Virus record (IMG/VR): IMGVR_UViG_3300032285_003819
Location: 1 to 52,665 of that record
Direction: 5' to 3' (one strand)
DNA length: 52,665 nt
DNA from: a virus
Lineage: Duplodnaviria; Caudoviricetes
The notes below the pieces were generated by a model that worked only from the letters and a program-made list of their open reading frames with translations, had not been told where the DNA came from and did not search any database. A program made the translations under genes and the position numbers. This document shows, piece by piece, positions 1 to 8,915 of the stretch. The first letter of the stretch is position 1, and each line of letters begins with the position of its first letter.

Positions 1-165
1 GCTAGTTCCCGAAGTTCCGGAAGATCCACTGGTTCCAGAAGATCCACTAGTTCCTGAAGTTCCTGAAGATCCACTTGTTCCTGAAGATCCACTTGTTCCC
101 GCAGATCCACTTGTTCCAGAAGTTCCAGAAGACCCACTGGTTCCACTGCTTCCACTAGTTCCCCC
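1..165. repeat. Coding (GTSGSS)n repeat block running off the window
   Basis: Same periodic units as 604-957. Confidence 0.95.
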
Positions 166-3100
166 ACCTACGATCAATGAAGCTGAAAACCATGTGCCTT
201 GTCCAGCAGTACTTCCATACAACAATGTTTGCGCTATACTACTGTATGCAGTAAAATCAACATAATCTGTCGTTCCATTTAGATAAACAATTTTGGTGTT
301 ACCTTCACTTTGACCTGTACTAGTATTTGTTCTATCTTGAGAAAGTAAAAATGTATTACCATTTTTTCTAGCTTGAGCATTAGTTTGTTGACCGCTTGTT
401 GAACTAGAAGCGACATCCCACCACAAATTAAGAGTTACTAAATAATAACCACCAATAGTTGGTTTGAATTGATGTGTTGTTCCATCCCACCAATTTTGAG
501 GATCAAAATCATCTATAAAATCTATTAAAACGTCACTACCACCAGAAACAGATTGATTAGCGTTCAATTTACCTTGAACAACATAATTACTTGCTGTTAA
601 ACCACCTCCACTACTTCCAGAAGATCCAGAAGATCCAGAAGATCCAGAAGATCCAGATGTTCCATTGCTTCCAGAAGTTCCCGAAGATCCGCTAGTTCCC
701 GAAGTTCCGGAAGATCCACTGGTTCCAGAAGATCCACTAGTTCCTGAAGTTCCAGCAGATCCACTTGTTCCTGAAGTGCCTGAAGATCCACTGGTTCCTG
801 AAGATCCGCTTGTTCCAGAAGATCCACTAGTTCCTGAAGATCCACTAGTTCCTGAAGATCCGCTTGTTCCCGCAGATCCACTGGTTCCTGATGTTCCAGA
901 AGACCCACTTGTTCCAGAAGATCCACTTGTTCCAGAAGACCCACTAGTTCCTGCATCTCCAGTTCTTGAAAAATCCGCAGCAAGTAAAGCTCCGTTTGCT
1001 GGTAAAGACCCAGAGATATAAGAAACAGGGATCTTATAGTAACCAGTAGCAACAGTTACATTTCCCGTAACTTGAAATAGATTAACCGTAGTTCCAACAA
1101 TGTCTCTGCTATAAATAGTTAACACTCCTCTAGCTGAAGTGGTTGTACTATCATCCCAAGTGTTATACCACCCAGTTTGGTTATTACCTAACTGATCTAA
1201 GTTGTCTATGAAAATTACAGTTACCGCAGATATGGTTGCATTATTGTACGCTAAAATTCCACTGCCAGGATCGGTATCTGTAGTCGTTGTGGAGAAATTA
1301 TATCTAACTCCTCCATTTTGACCACTATATCCACTGCTTCCTGAAGTTCCAGAAGATCCACTAGTTCCCGAAGATCCACTTGTTCCAGAAGATCCACTTG
1401 TGCCAGATGTTCCAGAACTACCAGATGTTCCACTACTTCCAGAAGTTCCGGAAGATCCACTTGTGCCAGATGTTCCAGAACTACCAGATGTTCCACTACT
1501 TCCAGAAGTTCCGGAAGATCCACTTGTGCCAGATGTTCCAGAACTACCAGATGTTCCACTGCTTCCAGAAGTTCCAGAAGATCCTGAACCGCTTCCAGCA
1601 ACTACCTGTCTTTTTATTATATTATTTTCGATTACTAACGAATACAATCCTGTAGTAGATGTTATATTTGGTAATTCAGTAAATATCAGATTATTACTAC
1701 CACTATAATATAACGTACCCGTTGTTAAAGTATCTGAATCAGAAAACTTCGGTATATAATTTGCAGATCCAAAACCATCAATTACTTTTTTCCCACTTAA
1801 TTCTGAATAATTTATTATATTGTTTATATATCCTGAAGATATAAAAACTGGATCTGAAAATTCAGAAACAGTTTCATCTGAATTTATACCTCTAACTCTA
1901 ACAAAATAATTTGAATTTTCTGTTACTGGAAAAACAAAAGAAGGATCGATAAGATTATGTACAAAATCAGTTAAACCAGTAATTCTTCTCGCCAAACAAA
2001 TTCCAGTTACACCCGAGCCTAAATCAGTGAATCCCGATAAATTATTTAAAGTATCATTGACGTACCTAGAATTAGAATACGTTCCTGTAAAAATACTTCC
2101 GCTATACTGCCCACCATATGGCAAAAATTTGAAATTATTATTTCCATCATACGCATAAGATAAAAATACTTGTGAGCTTTGTGAGAATCCAGAAGGAATT
2201 CTTATTTCTGATATATAATTTAAATTATTATATGAACTAGAATAAACTCCAGTTGGAAAAGAACCAAAATTATCTACATAAATAGTATGATCAGGCCATT
2301 GAATACCTGAAGATCCATAAGAAGTAAAAATCTCATCTGAACTTTGATACAGCCCAGTTCCAGTTCCATAAGCAATACTATTTATGTTTTCAATAAAGAA
2401 ATTTTGTATATAAAAATCGCGTTTTACATTATTTTTTCCACTTTCTTCTATAGATATATGAAAAGAACAATCTTGACTAGACAATATATTATTCCATGAA
2501 ACAAAAGCCTGTAAATTTAAATCTTTATCTGTATTGTTAAAATCACTGAACACATATCCTGTTAAATTAACAATTTTTGTCGGAAAAGATGAAGCGTCAA
2601 AAGATAAAGGTTTAATACCTGAAGAATTTATGCAATTACCGCTATATAAATAATTATAAGGAACAAGATGAACAAAATAAGGTCTTCTTATATTGTTATC
2701 TGTATTCAGATTTCCCTTTTGTAAAGTATCTAGATCTGGTATCTGAATATTTGTTATATTAGGATAAAAAACATTCGAAGTGTACAAAAATTCTCCGCTT
2801 ATAGAACTAAAATCTTGTTGTGAAGAAACGAAAACCCCAACATTCTTTATAGAATCAAAATCTTCATAATTAACCGTAAGATTAACATTATTATTTACAT
2901 CTATTTTTTGTATAGAAGCGTTTGTACTTCCATAGTTTACTAACGCTGTACCTGTACTTTTTAATCCGCTGTTATCTACTGATACGACATCTATAAAAAA
3001 ACTATTTAAGCTTTTAATGTTATCTATTCCACTTAAATTATAAAAAATATTTAATAAATCACTTGTTTCTACAGAATAAGAGGTTTCAGTGAAAACAGAA

Positions 3101-3402
3101 GGGCTGTTAAAAATAAAATTTCTGTTTACATCATAAAAATTCAATAAAAATCCAGAAAATCCATTATCAGTAACATTTTTAGTTAATATGTTTTTAGTTA
3201 TTGGTCTTGTTACGTCCCACTTTAAAGACAAAGTATCTTCTTTCAAAGATCCACTAACAAATGAAGTATTTGGATCTAAACCAAAAATAGATGGCGAAAT
3301 AGTATTGTCAGAAAAGGATAGGTTATTGTTAAAATCAAAGTTTAAATTTGATATAACAAAAGGCTCTGTATATACTATATTAACATTGTCCAAAAATGCC
3401 AT
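1..3402 (-). CDS. Tail fibre/adhesin-like virion protein, at least 1134 aa and truncated at the window edge: FN3-like N-terminal part, three GTS/GSS triplet-repeat blocks, C1q-like domain
   Basis: Translated by hand from ATG at 3402 (MAFLDNVNIVYTEPF...); open to position 1. Missing from the ORF track because no stop is reached. FN3-like motif YFVRVRGINSDETVSEFSDP. G-X-X blocks at about 1333-1593, 604-957 and 1-165. C1q-like segment FDPQNWWDGTTHQFKPTIGGYY...ARKNG...DYVDF...WFSASLI at about 175-590. Lies directly downstream of J. Confidence 0.85.
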   Translation of the reverse strand, partial: MAFLDNVNIVYTEPFVISNLNFDFNNNLSFSDNTISPSIFGLDPNTSFVSGSLKEDTLSLKWDVTRPITKNILTKNVTDNGFSGFLLNFYDVNRNFIFNSPSVFTETSYSVETSDLLNIFYNLSGIDNIKSLNSFFIDVVSVDNSGLKSTGTALVNYGSTNASIQKIDVNNNVNLTVNYEDFDSIKNVGVFVSSQQDFSSISGEFLYTSNVFYPNITNIQIPDLDTLQKGNLNTDNNIRRPYFVHLVPYNYLYSGNCINSSGIKPLSFDASSFPTKIVNLTGYVFSDFNNTDKDLNLQAFVSWNNILSSQDCSFHISIEESGKNNVKRDFYIQNFFIENINSIAYGTGTGLYQSSDEIFTSYGSSGIQWPDHTIYVDNFGSFPTGVYSSSYNNLNYISEIRIPSGFSQSSQVFLSYAYDGNNNFKFLPYGGQYSGSIFTGTYSNSRYVNDTLNNLSGFTDLGSGVTGICLARRITGLTDFVHNLIDPSFVFPVTENSNYFVRVRGINSDETVSEFSDPVFISSGYINNIINYSELSGKKVIDGFGSANYIPKFSDSDTLTTGTLYYSGSNNLIFTELPNITSTTGLYSLVIENNIIKRQVVAGSGSGSSGTSGSSGTSGSSGTSGTSGSSGTSGSSGTSGSSGTSGTSGSSGTSGSSGTSGSSGTSGTSGSSGTSGSSGTSGSSGTSGSSGYSGQNGGVRYNFSTTTTDTDPGSGILAYNNATISAVTVIFIDNLDQLGNNQTGWYNTWDDSTTTSARGVLTIYSRDIVGTTVNLFQVTGNVTVATGYYKIPVSYISGSLPANGALLAADFSRTGDAGTSGSSGTSGSSGTSGSSGTSGTSGSAGTSGSSGTSGSSGTSGSSGTSGSSGTSGSSGTSGTSGSAGTSGTSGSSGTSGSSGTSGTSGSSGTSGSNGTSGSSGSSGSSGSSGSSGGGLTASNYVVQGKLNANQSVSGGSDVLIDFIDDFDPQNWWDGTTHQFKPTIGGYYLVTLNLWWDVASSSTSGQQTNAQARKNGNTFLLSQDRTNTSTGQSEGNTKIVYLNGTTDYVDFTAYSSIAQTLLYGSTAGQGTWFSASLIVGGGTSGSSGTSGSSGTSGTSGSAGTSGSSGTSGSSGTSGTSGSSGTSGSSGTSGTS
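604..957. repeat. Coding 9/18-bp periodic repeat block (GTSGSS)n
   Basis: Repeated gaagatccac(t/a)(a/t/g)gttcc units; 691-753 is identical to 1-63. Confidence 0.95.
1388..1576. repeat. Three tandem near-identical 63-bp repeats within a GTS/GSS block
   Basis: Unit gaagatccacttgtgccagatgttccagaactaccagatgttccactacttccagaagttccg starts at 1388, 1451 and 1514 (the third copy has two substitutions). Confidence 0.95.
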
Positions 3403-3410
3403 ATATTACT

Positions 3411-3416
3411 TTACAC
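3411..3416 (-). promoter_or_regulatory. GTGTAA late-promoter-like box
   Basis: 8 nt before ATG 3402; doubles as the Val-stop codons of J. Confidence 0.55.
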
Positions 3417-6400
3417 GTTTATTAATTTATAATTTGAGTCAAATGCATAAAAATCAAGATTAGTTTTTGAAGTGATATCTCCAACTGGAGTTTCCCCTAA
3501 GAAAATATTCACTTTAGTTGCGCCATCTCTCAGTATATTAAAATTGAGAGTTTTACCATTTCTTTTTATAATACACATTAAACCAAAAACATTAGTAGAA
3601 CCTATATTTTGTAAATAAGAAAATAAAAAATTGAAATCAATAGTTAATTCTTCATATGCATTATCATAGTATTGCTTATTCAAAACTTCATTTTCTACAT
3701 AAAAAGAATAATCGTAAACATGATTTATAGAACTAACATAACTAATTGGGGCTATTTTAATAGCTAAAGAAATAATAGTATCATCAAAAGCTTCATTTAT
3801 TTCATTATCAGTTGAAAAAACTACCTGTTTTTTGTTGTTTTGTATATTGTCTACATATTCATTTTTCTCAATTATGTTGAATTTTTCTTTGCTATATTTC
3901 ATAGCTGTAACGGCATATTCATTGGAAGACGCTTCATTAATATTTACAATTCTATATAAATCATGATCTGAATCATTTTCATTTAAATACACAGCAAAAT
4001 TAGCATCAGATCTCAAACTAGAAAAAGCTCCATATGATATTTCTGGAAATCTTGAAAAATAAATACTATTTATTTGAGCGTCTGCTTCAAATAAAGCTAC
4101 AACGCCATATAAAGGAGCGCCCTTGGATCTTGCAACAGTTCTTAATAAAGTTTTATTTTGATAATATTTTACGTTTTCTCCATCATACGTTATCTGCAAA
4201 ACATCATCGATTGAAACTGGAGATATATCCGATCCAACTTGAGTTCCATTTTCGTAAATAGACAACAAAGAAGTGTTTTTGCAAACGAAAGAATAATTAA
4301 CATCTGAATAAGAAGCTGGACTTGGCCCAGCATATGTTTCTGAAATTTGCGATATACCACACGAAGCGTATTTAACAATAGAGCTAAACTTAAAAGAAAT
4401 TTGACAATTATCTATATGAGACTGATTAGTAAACGCTTTTTTATTCCAAGATGAACCTGAAGTAGATGAAGCTGTCAAAGTTCTATTAGTATCTGAAACG
4501 ATTATATTAGAAACAACATTCCAAGAAGTAAATGTAGAATTTATTATTTTTAATCTAAGATTGCTATTATCAACTTCAGAAACCGAAAAATTCAATTCTA
4601 AAGGTTTATTATTTATTATTGAAAATATTTTGATTACTTGGCCTAAACAGTTTTCTGGAACTTCTCTATCTATATAGATATATTGATTTTTGAAATCTAA
4701 ACTAGTAACTTTTCCATAAACCACAGAAGCAGTTTTTAAAGAATCAGAAATACGCACAACATTTCCTATTTGCAAAACTGAAGCTTCAAAACCTGTAATG
4801 AAATTTACTATTTCTGATTCTAGCTTTCCTGTTGCCAAATACCATTTTCCTACTCTTTGAGCCTCCGTCTTAGAAGTTATTCCTAATCCCAAAATCTCTT
4901 TTTCAACAATTCCAAACTTTTTTATCATTTGAGAGTCTTCTACATATATTATTTTATCTTTAAAGTTATCTGTTTTATCTGAATAAGTTACTTTTGCAAC
5001 TGTAAAAATATTATTTAAATCGCCTGAAGAATAAGAAAACAAACCATCTTTTACATTAGAGTTTGTAAATATATAAATCGGATCTTGCAAAACATCAGTT
5101 GTAAGATTCAATAGACCATTTTTAAAATAAAATATCCCTCTAAATATTGATGAAAGATCTGTCAAAGCCTTTAACCCTTCATTTTCACTATTCAAAACCA
5201 AATTACAAGAAAAACGATTTTCTAAAAATTCTTTATAATCTGGATGTTTAGCTACACAATAACCGTATTTTATATTCAAAGAATTATCGAATATTGGTTT
5301 TGATGTATAAGAAATACTAACACGTTGATCTTCAGATGAATAAGGTAATGAACCTATTACAGATCCTGAAAAATAACCAGCGATGTAGCTTTTAATTTTA
5401 TCTTCTACGTTCAAAGTAGAATTTTGCACATAATTCAAGATGGCTTTGAATAAATTACCATCCAAATCATTTTCTAAAACTTTTCTAGGACCAAAATCAT
5501 TACATAACTTTAAAGTTGCTGTTCCATTAGAAACTGTAGCTGATAATATAACTTTTTTATAATTTACATTAATCGATTCTGCGGATTCATTTTTTATATC
5601 ATAAAGATACAAAGTATATCCAAACGGATATTTTTCTTGTATTTGAGCTTCTGTTTGTGTAGTTGAGAAAGTTACTGTATTAAAATTATCATCACCGTAT
5701 TTTAAATCATTATTAAAATAAAAAATATCTGGTTCGTATTTTGTTGATACATTAGTAACAATCAATTCATCACAATATTTTGATAAAGTTAATAATTGCC
5801 ATTTATTAAGATCAGATTCATTTAACTGACCTCTAGCCATTCCATACCTACTGTTTGTGCAAAGATCATAAAATATCCATGCAGGATTATTTGTCCACTT
5901 AAGAGTTCTGCCAAAAGATCCAGACCAATCTCCATCATACTCTCTAATCTCTCCATCATAATTGTCAGGAATTTGAATTTTTAACAACTTACAATCATAA
6001 GATCTTACAGGAATTGCATTGAAATGCTTAGAGCTTATTTTATTTTTACACAATACTGAATACGGATAAGAAAATGGATAATCTATTTTTTCAGTTACAG
6101 AATCAACATAAAACGATCTAGTTTTATTTAAACTTTCGGAATCAGATCCTAATCTTGATCTTAAACTATATATATTAATAACTAACTCAGGAAACAAACT
6201 GGATTTTTTATCAATATCTTCTATAGTTATATTAAAAGGCAGAACTACTGTTCCTCCCTTAGCAACAAAACAAGAATTAAACAAGAAATAAAAATCTTCT
6301 CTTTGAGTTAAATTACTGACATTAATGATAAATGTTATTCCTAATGGTAAAGTATTTCCTTTATCATCAACAGAAAATAAGCTATCAACACCAATGTTAA

Positions 6401-6956
6401 CATCTACAGAAGTGCAGTATTTATTTTTTATGTAATGAGAGAATGGTCTACTATAATTTCTATATTTTGCATACCCTTGTTGGGTCGCATTCATAGAAGA
6501 AGAAGCGAAAAAATCATTAGTAATTTTTACATTAGTCTTTTCAGGTGGAATTTCCACTGGCAAAGTTAAATTTTCTTTTGCCGCTAAACGATAAGCACCA
6601 AAAGATATATCATACAACTTCGTTTTATATTCATAAATCGCTTTACATTCAGAAACAGAATTTTTAATTTGATTGCCAACTGTAAAATCTATAGAGCTAG
6701 AAGTAAAATTGTACAAATTTGTTTTTTTATCTCTAACTACTACATCATTATAGTATACTCCATAAGATAACGAATTGATGTCATTAAATCCCAAATCTAT
6801 GTAATTAAGAGTTTGACCATCAGAATTCACTAAACCTTCTATCGGACCTTCTGAAATCAAATCCAAACTATCATAAAACGATTCAGTTTCAAAAGCTTGA
6901 TATGCAGAAGATTCTTTTAAAATTTTTTCGAAATTTTTGGAAAATTGTATTTTCAT
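3411..6956 (-). CDS. Tail tip/central hub protein, lambda gpJ-like
   Basis: gpJ motifs ISEGPIEGL, WTNNPAWIFYDLCTNSRYG, KWQL..LSKYCDEL, RFSCN, IFTNSNVKDGLFSYS, AQRVGKW; follows L-K-I. Confidence 0.9.
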   Translation of the reverse strand: MKIQFSKNFEKILKESSAYQAFETESFYDSLDLISEGPIEGLVNSDGQTLNYIDLGFNDINSLSYGVYYNDVVVRDKKTNLYNFTSSSIDFTVGNQIKNSVSECKAIYEYKTKLYDISFGAYRLAAKENLTLPVEIPPEKTNVKITNDFFASSSMNATQQGYAKYRNYSRPFSHYIKNKYCTSVDVNIGVDSLFSVDDKGNTLPLGITFIINVSNLTQREDFYFLFNSCFVAKGGTVVLPFNITIEDIDKKSSLFPELVINIYSLRSRLGSDSESLNKTRSFYVDSVTEKIDYPFSYPYSVLCKNKISSKHFNAIPVRSYDCKLLKIQIPDNYDGEIREYDGDWSGSFGRTLKWTNNPAWIFYDLCTNSRYGMARGQLNESDLNKWQLLTLSKYCDELIVTNVSTKYEPDIFYFNNDLKYGDDNFNTVTFSTTQTEAQIQEKYPFGYTLYLYDIKNESAESINVNYKKVILSATVSNGTATLKLCNDFGPRKVLENDLDGNLFKAILNYVQNSTLNVEDKIKSYIAGYFSGSVIGSLPYSSEDQRVSISYTSKPIFDNSLNIKYGYCVAKHPDYKEFLENRFSCNLVLNSENEGLKALTDLSSIFRGIFYFKNGLLNLTTDVLQDPIYIFTNSNVKDGLFSYSSGDLNNIFTVAKVTYSDKTDNFKDKIIYVEDSQMIKKFGIVEKEILGLGITSKTEAQRVGKWYLATGKLESEIVNFITGFEASVLQIGNVVRISDSLKTASVVYGKVTSLDFKNQYIYIDREVPENCLGQVIKIFSIINNKPLELNFSVSEVDNSNLRLKIINSTFTSWNVVSNIIVSDTNRTLTASSTSGSSWNKKAFTNQSHIDNCQISFKFSSIVKYASCGISQISETYAGPSPASYSDVNYSFVCKNTSLLSIYENGTQVGSDISPVSIDDVLQITYDGENVKYYQNKTLLRTVARSKGAPLYGVVALFEADAQINSIYFSRFPEISYGAFSSLRSDANFAVYLNENDSDHDLYRIVNINEASSNEYAVTAMKYSKEKFNIIEKNEYVDNIQNNKKQVVFSTDNEINEAFDDTIISLAIKIAPISYVSSINHVYDYSFYVENEVLNKQYYDNAYEELTIDFNFLFSYLQNIGSTNVFGLMCIIKRNGKTLNFNILRDGATKVNIFLGETPVGDITSKTNLDFYAFDSNYKLINV

Positions 6957-6968
6957 TATTAACTGTTT

Positions 6969-7517
6969 TTATTCTACAATAACGTAATTTTTATAAAGAT
7001 CGTATAATTCTGGCGCTAATCCATTAGACGCATAGCTTATAAATTGTATATTATTGGATACAACTACAGATCCTATCTTGTATCTACCATAACCTATTGG
7101 AACTGGAACGTTTCTTAAAGACACGTTTTCATAATTACTAAACAATCTTGAAACTGTTTTTATATCTACAGGAGATTTTGGTGTTAATAATTTAGTTATT
7201 AACATTTGAATTCCTGTTCCTATAAGCATTAAAGCTATTCCTATAGCTAATTCAGCAGAACCTAATATAAGCGGAACCACTTCAACTTTTGAATCTTTTT
7301 TCAAAATTGGTGAATTAATATACTCTGGAGGCACAACTTTTCCATCAACATATATTATAAAATGACTTAAATATTCATCTAAAACCCCTAATGTTGAAAT
7401 CAATTTATTACTATTAGCTTGTATAGCTTCAAAAATTTCCAAAACAGTTGAAACATTTAATTTCCAATCTGTTTTTATAAAATCTTCAAAAACACCATGT
7501 AATTTAACGCTTACCAT
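6969..7517 (-). CDS. Tail assembly protein I (lambda gpI-like)
   Basis: N-terminal ubiquitin-like VKLHG...VEVVPLILG, a hydrophobic stretch, and C-terminal VPVPIGYGRYKIGSVVVS; lies between K and J. Confidence 0.85.
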   Translation of the reverse strand: MVSVKLHGVFEDFIKTDWKLNVSTVLEIFEAIQANSNKLISTLGVLDEYLSHFIIYVDGKVVPPEYINSPILKKDSKVEVVPLILGSAELAIGIALMLIGTGIQMLITKLLTPKSPVDIKTVSRLFSNYENVSLRNVPVPIGYGRYKIGSVVVSNNIQFISYASNGLAPELYDLYKNYVIVE

Positions 7518-7521
7518 ATAG

Positions 7522-7854
7522 TTATTTACACTTCATTTCTTTAAACTCGTCTTTGTCTAAAATATAAAGCAGCATATCAATATTATGATATTTTTGATAA
7601 AAAATATCTAATTCAGAAAAAAATTCATTTTTTAAATGACTATGAAATAAATATTTTATCACATATTTGCTTTTGACCTCTAAGTAATCTTTAGGATCTA
7701 TTATAAAATAATTTATACTATCAGGATGTTTATTGTTAATTGGTAAAAATTCAATTCCAACTTTTGACTCGACAATAAAACCGCAAACTTCTTTGGCGCT
7801 ATTCAAATGACAGTAATCTTTTATTGTATTAAGTAATTCATTTTTTATTGTCAT
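7522..7854 (-). CDS. Tail assembly protein K, JAB/MPN domain only
   Basis: EVCGFI and FHSH...FSELD JAB motif. Start moved from 7914 to Met21 (7854) to avoid a long overlap with L. No NlpC/P60 domain. Confidence 0.85.
   Translation of the reverse strand: MTIKNELLNTIKDYCHLNSAKEVCGFIVESKVGIEFLPINNKHPDSINYFIIDPKDYLEVKSKYVIKYLFHSHLKNEFFSELDIFYQKYHNIDMLLYILDKDEFKEMKCK
7526..7531 (-). promoter_or_regulatory. GTGTAA late-promoter-like box
   Basis: 8 nt before ATG 7517. Confidence 0.55.
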
Positions 7855-8914
7855 ATTGAAAGGTAGCTGGAAAACCACCATAAGGTAATGTTTTATTAGA
7901 TGTAACGTTTCCATCTTTAGACAAATAGTCTTTAAATCTTAGCAAACAACCTCTTAATGTCTTAGAACATTGATCTTGTTTCCATACATTAGTATTTAAG
8001 TTTGGTTGTTTATTTACAACATTATTTTCAAGACAAACATAAAAATTTTTAGGTTTATTTGATAAAGATATATTATAATTATTACTTTCAACCGTAGAAA
8101 CATTAGGCACAAAATCTAAATAAACAAAATCTCCTTGCATATAAATACCAGTAGCTGACCATTTTTCGCGATATTGCATATTTACCAAACCATAAGTATT
8201 ATTAGCTAAATCTGCTTTATAACTTGCGAGAAACGTTTTATCATTTTCGTCCGCAATTGGAATACCTGCATCATAAACATTACCCCATTGACTTTTAGCA
8301 AAGAAAACACTGCTCGGTTGAGAATTTGATTCTAAATATGATATATTTACTATTGGACCACTATAATCTGGAGTGTTTCCATAATTACATCCATAACATC
8401 TATAACCCCAAGAACATGTATCATTAGTAACCTTTCTTGCAGGTATATTTAAATTTTGTAAATCTACTTTTGTAGACAACTCTATTTCAACATGCTCTTT
8501 ATTTTCTAATTTTTTAAGGTTTACAATAAATTTGTCGTAAGCTATATAAGTTTTAAAATTCGAAGTTCCAAATGGATTTATACCATTATCAAAATTTTCT
8601 ATATCTAAATCTTTAGCCAATATTTTTTTTCTATTAAAAGATTTACCAATAAGATCAGAGCGATCTTTTAAAACATGAGATATATAATTATTTATATTAG
8701 CAATTTTTATTGTTGGTTTTGATTGTTTTCCATTAGAAGATGTTTCTATATTAGACAACTCACATGGAATAAAAACATATTGTTGACCCTGAAAAATCAA
8801 ATTATTAGAAAAGTTTTTAGATCCATGAAATCTTAAGTAACCTTCATTGGATTCTAATTGTAGCTCATATAAATCAAGAACTACATAATTATTTAATTTA
8901 AAAAAGGTATTCAT
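7838..8914 (-). CDS. Minor tail protein L (lambda gpL-like, probable Fe-S cysteines)
   Basis: LYELQL, KPTIKIANI, TCSWGYRCYGCNY, DQCSKTLRGCLLRF, LPYGGFP. Confidence 0.9.
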   Translation of the reverse strand: MNTFFKLNNYVVLDLYELQLESNEGYLRFHGSKNFSNNLIFQGQQYVFIPCELSNIETSSNGKQSKPTIKIANINNYISHVLKDRSDLIGKSFNRKKILAKDLDIENFDNGINPFGTSNFKTYIAYDKFIVNLKKLENKEHVEIELSTKVDLQNLNIPARKVTNDTCSWGYRCYGCNYGNTPDYSGPIVNISYLESNSQPSSVFFAKSQWGNVYDAGIPIADENDKTFLASYKADLANNTYGLVNMQYREKWSATGIYMQGDFVYLDFVPNVSTVESNNYNISLSNKPKNFYVCLENNVVNKQPNLNTNVWKQDQCSKTLRGCLLRFKDYLSKDGNVTSNKTLPYGGFPATFQYDNKK

Positions 8915-8915
8915 T

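Noticed and set aside
1-1600. Possible CRISPR array
   Set aside because: The repeats have 9/18/63-bp coding periodicity with no unique spacers, and there are no cas genes.
597-1708. ORF-track entries 597-1052, 665-1021, 1251-1601, 1380-1655 and 1400-1708 (LEQVDL / PEDPLV repeats)
   Set aside because: Alternative-frame or antisense shadows of the GTS/GSS repeats in the real 1-3402 minus-strand gene.
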